The translations under genes and the position numbers were made by a program. Of a DNA stretch of 64,000 nt, positions 14,701-26,700 are shown piece after piece. Within the stretch, counting starts at the first letter, position 1; each line of letters opens with the position of its first letter. The DNA comes from Haliotis rufescens (lineage: Eukaryota): assembly GCF_023055435.1 (NCBI RefSeq), contig NW_025963835.1, forward strand, positions 2,790,001 to 2,854,000, written 5' to 3'. The notes beneath the pieces are model-generated. The model was not told the origin of the DNA. It did not search any database and worked only from the letters and a program-made list of their open reading frames with translations.

Positions 14701-17700
14701 ACACACCTGGGCGCATAGCAGGCCTATCTATCGTACTGAACGTTTGTCGAATCCCTCCGCGAAGCCAGTATTGTGTCTGCAACTCGTGCAGGAATACCGC
14801 TCTTCTGGAGGCGATTCCTGACAGTGGCCAAGCCACCCATTGAATCCTGAGATTCGGGTGGAGGGCCCCGTTCTGGGATAGGAGGTCCGGTCGTAAAGGT
14901 AATATAACAGGAGGCTGAGCCAGAAACCTGAGTATTACTGGAAACCCACTCTGCGCCGACTAAAGAGGTGCCAGGAGCACAATTAGTCGCGCAGGCTGAG
15001 TGCCTAGCTGAGACAGGACCTTGGAAATCAGAGGTACTGGGGAGAATGCCCACAGAACTGTCCGTCCAATCTAGCTGAAAGGCGTCCGGTGCCACCGACC
15101 TCGGGTCGTGGACTCGGGAGCAGAACGTTGGTGTCTGGTTATTTAACCCAGACGCAAACAGATCCACCTGTAACGACCTGTATAACAGGGAGAAAATCCC
15201 GAATATCCCCGGGTCGAGCCTCCACTCGTGAGGAGCGAGGATCCGGCAAGACAGAGCGTCCGCACGGACGTTGTCCACCCCCGGGAGATAAACAGGTAGC
15301 ACCCTGATATCGTGAGAGTCGCACTATAGTAGGAACTGCCACGTCTTTCGTCGAAGCGACGGAGACGCCGTTCCCCCCTGCTTCCGGATGTAAGTCATCG
15401 CCGTTTGGTTGTCCATCTCTAGACGAACCACTTGGCCACGAAGCAGATCCGGGAAGCGTTGGAACACCAACCTGACCGCTCTCAGTTCTAGCACATTGAT
15501 ATGCAGTTTGATCTCCTGCTGGGACCATAGTCCCGAGGCAGTGTGATCATTCAGAACGCCTCCCTAGCCGGAGAGTGACGCGTCTGTTTGAACTGTGAGA
15601 GACGGAACGGGAGTGATTCCCGACCTCGGTCCACCACTGGAGGTGTGTAATGAGCCACTACGGAGTCTCGAGCACAGTCTCGAGATCTTCCGAGTTCGCC
15701 CAAAGTCGACGGAGTGCTTGTTGAATGGGACTCATTCTCAAGCGCGCCCGCCAGACCAAATCCACTGTCGCCGCCATGTTGTCCAGTAACTGGAGCCATG
15801 TACGAGCAGTGTGACTTGCGCTTAAGGGACTTGATATCTTGTGACAGAGATACACGTCCTCTCACCGTGTTGAAATTAGCCACTAGGAAGACTAGATTCT
15901 GAGTGGGGCTCAGATCTGACTTCTTGAGATTGACCATCCACCCTAGAGTGATCAGAATATCTATCACTTGTTGTGTAGCTATCTGACTCAGGGATTGCAA
16001 TAGAGCTCTTAGTAACCTAGTCGTCGAGGTACGGATGGCAGAACCGACCTTTTGACCTGGCCACTTGGGCGGGAATCAACATCAGCTTGGTGAACACCCT
16101 CGGGGCCGTGGAGATCCCGAATGGTAGAACCCTGAACTGATAACACCTCCCGTCGAAAGAAAACCTCAGGTATTTCTTGAACTCTGGATGTATTGGTATG
16201 TGGAGATTGGCTAACGTCAATAGACTTAAAATACGCCTTTCTCCTGTCTCGACAGTTGAGATCACTGTTTGGTGACTAGGAAACAAGTCGAGTAGAAGCC
16301 CTCGCTTTCCTGTCCCTCGGGACCCGGTTCGATCGCAGCTTTCATAAGAAGTGCGTCGACCTCGGCACGGAGGAATTCCGCCTTCTCTCGGGTAGCAGGC
16401 ACCGGTGTGTGCTTTATCCCGGAAAAGTGGAGGAGCGGATGAGTTTTCCCGATAACTTGCGACTATGGGTTCACCCGGGGCTCTTCGGGCGCTAATGGGA
16501 ACCCATCGTTCCCAGCCCCGCGAAAAAGCTGTTGGCCTCGACCAGCTGCCTTGCCCCGGCCCGTGCCTCTCTTGCTCCTCACGGCGCCCTTATACCTGAA
16601 GGAAGCGGCGGCTTCCAAGCAGGTGTGGACGTCTGACCCGTGCGTTAGCGTAGGAGGGGACAATTGGAGAGGCCCGCTTACGCGGTTTTAACGCTTGGTA
16701 CCTCCAACAAGGCCTTATGAGTCTTTGATGGAAGTATACAATTGAGCAGCCTCTCGGACCGCCTGCTGAGCCCCAGGGAAGAGGGTGGCACCCTCTTATA
16801 CGGCAAAGCAAGTAGGTCTTGGCGTGTGTAAGTCGAGTATTTAGATACCGACATCCACCGCCTGCGCATGCACATAACAGCGCACATCATCTGCGATGCA
16901 CAGCTACGAATAGCGTCCCGCGCAAGATAATGTTAGTTGCGCGGCCAACTCCGAAGAGTCGGCCGGCCCCTCTCCCGCTAACTCCCTCTGTACAGCCGAC
17001 AGATACGCGGAGTGTACGGACACACGGAGCTGTTGGCATGCATTATGATATTGCTCCTCGAAGCATATGTAAGCAGCCTTCAACTCCGCACCGCACACGG
17101 GAAAGGGGGGGCAACCGCCGGCCCTGCTTGACCTTAGTCAAGTTGGATGTCTCCGACTCTGGCATGGGCGCAGCAACCTGAGGCAGTACATGGACAATCC
17201 TGTCCCGCACGTGTCTCTGCACCCGGCCCGAGGCCGAGTCCCGGTGCCGAGGTGCCGGAGGTTCAAGGGAACCCACCTGGCACTGGGCTAGGTATCCACT
17301 AGTGAAAGCCTTGGCCTCGGAAGAGGCGTCTGGCTCCGCTAGGGTAAATTGTGGGTCGGTAGTGCACGGGCCGGTGCCCGCCACCACTACGCTGGGGAGC
17401 GACCTCGAGCCGGAGCCGAAGCTCGGTCTCGGATCGTCCCCGAGACAAAGGGAACCAACCTGGCTCCGGGCTAGGTATCCACTAGTGGACGCCTCGGCCT
17501 CGGAAGAGGCGTCTGGCTCCGCTAGGGAAAATTGTGCGTCGGTAGTGCACGGGCCGGTGCCCGCCACCACTACGCTGGGGAGCGACCTCGAGCCGGAGCC
17601 GAAGCTCGGTCTCGGATCGTCCCCGAGACAAAGGGAACCAACCTGGCTCCGGGCTAGGTATCCACTAGTGGACGCCTCGGCCTCGGAAGAGGCGTCTGGC

Positions 17701-20700
17701 TCCGCTAGGGAAAATTGTGCGTCGGTAGTGCACGGGCCGGTGCCCGCCACCACTACGCTGGGGAGCGACCTCGAGCCGGAGCCGAAGCTCGGTCTCGGAT
17801 CGTCCCCGATACCAAGGGAACCCCCCTGGCTCCGGGCTACGAATCCACTAGTGAAAGCCTCGGCCTCGGAAGAGGCGTCTGGCTCCGCTAGGGAAAAATT
17901 GTGCGTCGGTAGTGCACGGGCCGGCGCCCGCCACCCCTCCGCTGGGGAGCGACCTCGAGCCGGCGCCGAAGCCCGGTCTGAGATCGTCCCCGAGACCAAG
18001 TTGCCTGCCTCGGCCGACGCCGGGCATATCACAAGGTCTCGAAGCCGCGTCCGGCGCCGACAACGGGGAAGGCTCGGTCCGCATCTCCTCTCGGAGCTGA
18101 GACTTTACCTCCTCCATCATCGACGCCATCTGCGACTTAAGTAACGCAGAAAAGTCTGCCAAAGACAGTGCAGGAGAGGGTGCAGTGCTTACTACGGGGA
18201 CCCTCGAGCCTTCTCCCCCGGCCCCCGGAGAGGGAGCGGGGGAGACAATCTCGGCAGCTTTTTTACCCTTTTTAGATGGGGAGGGGGGGATGTCTTAGTA
18301 GATCTGATATCTACCCCCGCCTTTAATAGACCTCTTTAAAGTGGAACAAGTCAACTTGTCTCTTTTGGGGGCCCCGGGGGGTAAAGGCAATGTCCTCCGC
18401 CAGACATATTCGGCAGCGTTCGTGCCTGTCTTAGAACAACCCGTACACAGTTTGAAGGTCTTGTAAACAAGACCGTAATTTCTGAGGTGGGCGGGAAGGG
18501 TATCAACGTGTATCAGTGCGATATAAAGATCGGAAAGAAACGTGCATAAATTGTGAAACTAGAAGCAAAGGCGTAATGTAGAATGCGATTTGTAACGCGA
18601 TACTAATAGCCAATGTGTAGTATAATTATAACACCAAAGGGGCGTGTTACGCGCTAAGGTGTAAAAACCCGTAAAAAAGGTAAGTGTAGTTTATGAATTA
18701 ACACACCACCTTGGGTTTTGTAAAGGAAAAAATTGTAGACCAATGCTGTATGATATAACAAAACCCCAAGCCGTTTCTTAATGGCCTTGGTGTTACATGT
18801 ATCAGCCCGTGGAACTACAATATGGACGCCATTACGGCCATTTGAATTCAAAGGTACCGTGCACGTGGCGTATTATTACAACTCTATAACTTCACAATGC
18901 GAGGTATTACGCCTTTGCAAAGAAAGAAATGTACCATACATACAGTTTGGTCAGCCATGGTTCTTGTCGAACGATAGATTTCTCTTATTTTTGTCTTGTG
19001 TGAAAAATCAACACGTCTGTCTCTTACAGATGACATAAGGAAAGTGATTTGGGTGAGAGTTGCTCCCCCTGGCGTGAGGCGCCGTTGGGGGTGAGGCCCC
19101 GTAAGGGTGGTCGTATATCATACAAAAACGAAGTTTTTTGTGTGGTAACATTTTTTATTAAGGAAAATGGTTACAACTATGTCATATAGATTTTCTTGAG
19201 CAAGGAAAATGCAATAAGTGCCCCAAGGAGGATTTAATCAGAAAGAGAATACATGTGAGTTGACAGTGTCGCCTCAAATTGGATTGCCCACTAATTAAGA
19301 AAATAAACTTCGCTTGTGGTTCTCTTTTATTGCATGCATGCTCTTCTAAGATCAAAGGATGTATAGTGTGAAAAGTTAACTAGTAGAACAATCATATTTC
19401 CGGGACTTGCCGCTGATGTTTTCAAACAGATTATTAGAACTCCATTCAACGATAAACGGTTGATTATGCAATGAGAAGCGTTATGTGCAAATGAACAACG
19501 AACAACAATACAATCACGGCTGTGTAAAATTCTCAGTATTATAAGTGTACATAAATTTTGGGAGCCATGCGATACCGCACGTAGTAACCGAGGTAGCGCT
19601 TTATCGAAGTGCCCAATAGCGAGGGATCACTGTAGCAGACTACGTTCTTGGCACAGCCTGGTAATGTCTGACGAACATATAAGTATGTCACTGTCAATCA
19701 GTTCCTAACACTAAGCCACTTACGTTTTGAAATGGAACATTTCTTGGACACTTCGGAGTTCATGGTTGCCTCTCAGCAGGAAGAACTTGTTTGGGGAGAG
19801 CAGCTTCTGGGCTAGGAGGTAGGACACGACCTGTAAACATGATCACATTCGTTAACAGCAAGCCCTGGGGAGAGCAGCTTCTGGGCCAGGAGGTAGGACA
19901 CGACCTGTAAACATGATCACATTCGTTAACAGCAAGCCCTGGGGAGAGCAGCTTCTGGGCCAGGAGGTAGGACACGACCTGTAAACATGATCACATTCAT
20001 TAACAGCAAGCCCTGGAGAGGAGGTAGGACACGACATGCAGACATGATCACATTCGTTAACAGCAAGCCCTGGGGAGAGCAGCTTCTGGGCCAGGAGGTA
20101 GGACACGACCTGTAAACATGATCACATTCGTTAACAGCAAGCCCTGGGGAGAGCAGCTTCTGGACCAGGAGGTAGGACACGACCTGTAAACATGATCACA
20201 TTCGTTAACAGCAAGCCCTGGGGAGAGCAGCTTCTGGGCCAGGAGGTAGGACACGACCTGTAAACATGATCACATTCTATAACAGCAAGCCCTGGGGAGA
20301 GCAGCTTCTGGACCAGGAGGTAGGACACGATCTGTAGACAGGATCACATTCTTACAGCAAGACCAGGGTTTCTTATTATGTGGTTATTAGATCCAATGAC
20401 AAAAGTTGATAAATGTGGAAATAATCTTGAACACAGTAGATAATCCTACTGTAATATTTTCAAATATTCGGCCACAGCTCAGTATTCAGAGTTTACCTAG
20501 TATCTGACAATGCCAACCAATTCACATTGAAAGAAAGTTTTCTTATAAAAATTTCTTTTTGCATTTATATGCAGTTACTCAATTCAGATTTGATACGTCT
20601 GATTGATTACAGGATATAAGGAGTTGAGTGTTGACGAGCTCACCTCAATGCCACACTCGCCCCTGTCGACGTAGTCCCCGAGGAACAGGAAGGAGGCTGG

Positions 20701-23700
20701 AGTGAGGAGAGGACCCATCCTCCACAACGCCTTCTCAAAACTCACCAGGTCTCGGAAGTTGCCATGGATATCACCTTCACCAGAAATACAACGTCATGTA
20801 TTACTCAGACATCACTATCACAAACACTCAATATTTTCTAAGTGGACATTGCTATCATACAAAGAAATGTTCTCTTTTAAGTGATTCATCATCATAAACA
20901 CAATGTCATTTATTATCTAGGGATCACAGGTGGCCCTGTCGTCTAAGGAGTCACAATTTGCTGTGCACAGCTGTGTCCCTTGGGCATGCCAGAACCTTTT
21001 GATAGTGGGTTCGAACCCCGGTTTGCCCTGGTTATGTGGGTAGGGTTTTCCATCACCATACCTGTTGTGATAGTGTTACGCCACTTTAAGCAATATTCAA
21101 GCAATATCACAGATGGGGGATGCCAGAAATGGACTTTAAACATTGATCCCATGTGGGGGAAAAATCGAAACCCGGTCCGTTGGCCATCAAATGCTTTAAC
21201 CACTGGGCTACCCCCCCACCGCCCCTTCACCAAAGTGGTAGACATCTAAGACCTGCATGAGTTCATGCTTTCATCCCACATTAGGCTGACACGCCATGAT
21301 GTAACAGGAATACTGTTCAAGGCAGCGGTAAACCCAACTCATTAACATACTATCTGGACATCAACATTAACATCACAATATTTAGTAAGTGGATATTACC
21401 ATCATAAAAAATATTACATATTAAGTGAATCACCATCAGAAACAGAATGCTATATTTTACAGGGTTCAAAACAAGTGGAATTTCTTTGTGGACTACCACT
21501 TTAACATTTGGCACATGGCAACTCTGTAACAGATCATCATTTTTGTGGACTAGTGAAACTACAAACTAATTTCTAACCCTGCACAGTCAGCAATCATATC
21601 ACATATAAACATATGTTGTTGTTTTTTGTTTGTTGTTTAATGCTGCATGATGATGATGATGATGATGATGATGGCATTTATATAACGCTATATTTCCACA
21701 CCACAGAGGGGCAAACTTAAAGTGCTACTCGGTTATTACCCCTATCAATGAGATCAGTGTGCACTGATTTCATTCTCAGCTCCCTAGGGAGTATACAACC
21801 CAAGCTGCCTGTTTGGTGCTAAAAGGTTAACAGTCACATTACCACCTCATTCTACTGGGTGCCTCAACAGTTTGTATAAACAATACTGAGGTTGAAATGC
21901 ATGCATGTTTATTTTGTTATTACTTCGTGTTTCAGTCCAGTGAGGTGTTCTACCCTGCATTTCTTACCAAGTATATAAACCGGTGACTTGAGTTTCAGCA
22001 GCCGTGGTTCTTGGCCGAGGATATCTTTAGCTTGACGACACAATGTCAGAAGGCACTTTGCGAGAGCATTTCTATCAACCTGGCCCCAGTTGAATGCAGG
22101 CTGGAACAGAACAGACAATCATTCTAATATGCAGGACATCAATCCATCAAGCAGGTCTGGAGACGCTGTTCAAAATGAAAACTTGTAATTGCAATGAGCT
22201 TATCAACAGAAAAGAAATGCATTGTCACATCATTTTAGGCCAAACAAACAGACCAGATAGAATACTTTTTTGTATGGTCTTACCTTGGGCAGTCCTCCAT
22301 TCTCTCCCTTGATTGCTCTCTCAAAATAGCGGAGTCCTGTCAGCATTTCATTTGGATGAGATCGCTGAAAGTATTGGCACAATAGCAAGCCGATCATGTC
22401 ACATGTTTTTTGTGATGGAAAAAGCCTCAGCTAAGAAGTCTTCATTTTTTGCTTAGTACTTTGAACTGCCACTGTACTCTGGTGTGTTTTTATGCCACTT
22501 TTGGGAATATTCCAGCAAGGTTGTTTTTGGTGTGTGTTTTTTGTTTGTTTTGTGTTTTATGCTGCATTCAGCAATAATCTTGCCATATGACAGCAGCCTG
22601 TAAATAATGTAGACATGAAATCCAGTGATATTATGAGTAATGATCCATGCTATCCGGATACGGTGACACTCACTGAACCAAGTGACTGAGCCTGATCACC
22701 TGATGTATTATGTTCCCTTATGTCCAGCATCGTTTGCTGTCGAATCCCCTAGGGAGGTCCTGCAAGGGACATGGAACCCCCTAGGGAGGTCCTGCAAGGG
22801 ACATGGAATCCCCTAGGGAGGTCCTGCAAGGGACATGGAATCCCCTAGGGAGGTCCTGCAAGGGACATGGAATCCCTTAGGGAGATCCTGCAAGGGACAT
22901 GGAATCCCCTAGGGAGGTCCTGCAAGGGACATGGAATCCCCTAGGGAGGTCATGCAAGGGACATGGAATCCCCTAGGGAGGTCATGCAAGGGACATGGAA
23001 TCCCTTAGGGAGATCCTGCAAGGGACATGGAATCCCATAGGGAGGTCGTGCAAGGGACATGGAATCCCTTAGGGAGATCCTGCAAGGGACATGGAATCCC
23101 CTAGGGAGGTCCTGCAAGGGACATGGAATCCCCTAGGGAGGTCATGCAAGGGACATGGAATCCCTTAGGGTGATCCTGCAAGGGACATGGAATCCCATAG
23201 GGAGGTCGTGCAAGGGACATGGAATCCCATAGGGAGATCCTGCAAGGGACATGGAATCCCATAGGGAGGTCGTGCAAGGGACATGGAATCCCTTAGGGAG
23301 ATCCTGCAAGGGACATGGAATCCCTTAGGGAGATCCTGCAAGGGACATGGAATCCCATAGGGAGGTCCTGCAAGGGACATGGAATCCCCTAGGGAGATCC
23401 TGCAAGGGACATGGAATCCCTTAGGGAGATCCTGCAAGGGACACGGAATCCCGTAGGGAGATCCTGCAAGGGACATGGAATCCCCTAGGGAGATCCTGCA
23501 AGGGACATGGAATCCCTTAGGGAGATCCTGCAAGGGACACGGAATCCCGTACGGAGATCCTGCAAGGGACACAGAATCCCCTAGGGAGAACCTGCAAGGG
23601 ACACAGAATCCCCTAGGGAGAACCTGGAAGGGACACAGAATCCCCTAAAGAGATCCTGCAAGGGACACGGAATCCCCTAGGCAGGCCCTGCAAGGGACAT

Positions 23701-26700
23701 GGAATCCCCTAGGGAGGTCTTGCAAGGGACATGGAATCCCCTAGGGAGATCCTGCAAGGGACATGGAATCCCCTAGGGAGATCCTGCAAGGGACATGGAA
23801 TCCCTTAGGGAGATCCTGCAAGGGACACGGAATCCCGTACGGAGATCCTGCAAGGGACACAGAATCCCCTAGGGAGAACCTGCAAGGGACACAGAATCCC
23901 CTAGGGAGAACCTGCAAGGGACACAGAATCCCCTAAAGAGATCGTGCAAGGGACACGGAATCCCCTAGGGAGGTCCTGCAAGGGACATGGAATCCCCTAG
24001 GGAGGTCTTGCAAGGGACATGGAATCCCCTAGGGAGATCCTGCAAGGGACATGGAATCCCCTAGGGAGATCCTGCAAGGGACATGGAATCCCCTAGGGAG
24101 ATCCTGCAAGGGACAAGGAATCCACTCGGGAGATCCTGCAAGGGACACGGTATCCCCTAGGGAGATCCTGCAAGGGACACGGTATCCCCTCGGGAGATCC
24201 TGCAAGGGACATGGAATCCCATAGGGAGATCCTGCAAGGGACATGGAATCCCTTAGGGAGATCCTGCAAGGGACATGGAATCCCCTAGGGAGATCCTGCA
24301 AGGGACAAGGAATCCACTCGGGAGATCCTGCAAGGGACACGGTATCCCCTAGGGAGATCCTGCAAGGGACACGGTATCCCCTCGGGAGATCCTGCAAGGG
24401 ACATGGAATCCCATAGGGAGATCCTGCAAGGGACACGGAATCCCATAGGGAGATCCTGCAAGGGACATGGAATCCCATAGGGAGATCCTGCAAGGGACAC
24501 GGAATCCCATAGGGAGATCCTGCAAGGGACATGGAATCCCATAGGGAGATCCTGCAAGGGACATTGAATCCCACAGGAAGATCCTGCAAGGGACACGGAA
24601 TCCCCTAGGGAGATCCTGCAAGGGACATGGAATCCCCTAGGGAGATCCTGCAAGGGACATGGAATCCCGTAGGGAGATCCTGCAAGGGACACGGAATCCC
24701 ATAGGGAGGTCCTGCAAGGGACATGGAATCCCGTAGGGAGATCCTGCAAGGGACATGGAATCCCATAGGGAGGTCCTGCAAGGGACACGGAATCCCATAG
24801 GGAGATCCTGCAAGGGACATGGAATCCCATAGGAAGATCCTGCAAGGGACATGGAATCCCATAGGGAGATCCTGCAAGGGACATGGAATCCCATAGGGAG
24901 ATCCTGCAAGGGACATTGAATCCCACAGGAAGATCCTGCAAGGGACACGGAATCCCCTAGGGAGATCCTGCAAGGGACATGGAATCCCATAGGGAGATCC
25001 TGCAAGGGACGGGAGATCCTGCAAGGGACACGGAATCCCATAGGGAGGTCCTGCAAGGAACGCAGAATCCCATAGGGAGGTCCTGCAAGGGACATGAAAT
25101 CCCCTAGGGAGGTCCTGCAAGGGACACAGAATCCTGTAGGGAGGTCCTGCAAGGAACGCAGAATCCCATAGGGAGGTCCTGCAAGTGACACGGAATCCCC
25201 TAGGGAGATCCTGCAAGGGACACAGGGAAAAACCATGAATGGGCTTCATTCACTGTACCAATGTCGTGAATCAAACCTAGATCTTTTGCCAGACAATGCC
25301 TTAACCACTAGAATATCCCACATCCTTACTAGAAACAAAGGTTGATAGTATTCCAACAGAGCAACCACTGAACTAGAACTAGAATATACTTACTTGGTTG
25401 AAGGAGTCGATGGAGGGCATTCGTTGAAATCTAGAGACATCTCCTTCAAGATGGTGGTCGGTACTTCCACTCACAGCCGGTGTACCTGCCCAACAAATCA
25501 GAAATAAAACCATCAGAAGGACAAAAGTAAAACATTTGGCAAATGCCTAATCATGGTTATAAACCGTCAGAAAATCACATATATAACCTTCAGCAAGTTA
25601 TGAATAAAGCCATCAGGAGTATTGAATAAAACATACCACAAATCAGTACTAAAACATGACTCTCAAATGAGCAAGTGTCTCAAATGAAACCATCAGCACG
25701 TCTCTTAAAATAACCATCAACAAGTGTCTCTAATGAGTAAGTCTCCTATATGACACCATCTGCAAGTCTCTCAAATGAAGCCATCAGCACATCTCTTATA
25801 TAAAGCATCAACAAGACCAAAATTTACCATCAGCAAGAATCTCAAATGAAACCATCAGCAAGTCTCCCAAATGAAACCATCAGCAAGACTCCCAAATGAA
25901 ACCATCAGCAAGAATCTCAAATGAAACCATCAGCAAGAATCTCAAATGAAACCATCAGCAAGACTCTCAAATGAAACCATCAGCAAGACTCTCAAATGAA
26001 ACCATCAGCAAGAATCTCAAATGAAACCATCAGCAGGTATCCCAAATGAAACTATCACTCTATAGAAAAGAACCTGTACATCACTAATGCAACCTTTTGT
26101 ACATCACTGAGAAAAAGATACCACATCGACTACAATAAAAGTTTTTCTTTAATTTATCATGATTACAAAAGTGTAATGTGTACAGTTTTCAAGGTAGAAA
26201 GGTGAAATCTATGGGAGTTTACAATGCCAAAACAAACTTCAAAAGTTATCAAGACAGCTGTTGAGTACAGGGGTCTCCAACCCCTATGTGAATCAAGGGT
26301 ACAAATATGTGATTTCAAAAGGTTTACACTATAGTCTCCAGTCCATATAGGATGAGTTGAGGCTGCTGGTGCTGAGAAGGGAATGCAGGTGGAATGTGGG
26401 TGAATGTTCTATTAAACACATGTTCTGGGGTCCAAAAGATAGACTCTCCACTGACCCTGTAGGTCCCAGAGAGCCATGACATCTGCCAGCGTGCCTGTCC
26501 TCCTGACTTTGACCGTGTGCGTCGCCAGCTCGTACTTGGGTAAGGGGGACATCCTCACAGCATGGGGAGCTCGTCCGTCGGGGTGCTTGAACACAGGGTC
26601 CACCTTGCCTGCTGCAACACACACATAACATGCATCATTAGTCCTGCACTTGGACTGTGGACTATCTGGGAACTTTCTGTAGGCCTCAAACTAGTCCAGA

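Larger units (their letters stand above)
12401..19634. mobile_element. TA-flanked MITE (Tc1/mariner-pogo-type termini) split by the DIRS insertion
   Basis: ta-CAGTGGTCCCTCGCTA at 12401 and TAGCGAGGGATCACTG-ta ending 19634. Confidence 0.75.

Noticed and set aside
17302-18144. 280-aa plus-strand ORF
   Set aside because: Antisense shadow of the GC-rich 183-bp gag repeat.
19760-20328. Five overlapping [12 protein letters not shown] ORFs as separate genes
   Set aside because: Copies of an exon start within a 74-bp repeat; each ends at a premature stop.
22741-25222. CRISPR-like appearance of palindromic 32-bp units
   Set aside because: Units are head-to-tail with no unique spacers, there are no cas genes, and the context is a eukaryotic intron.
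23165-25249. Long ORFs of [18 protein letters not shown] repeats
   Set aside because: Translation of the 32-bp intronic minisatellite; no coding signal.
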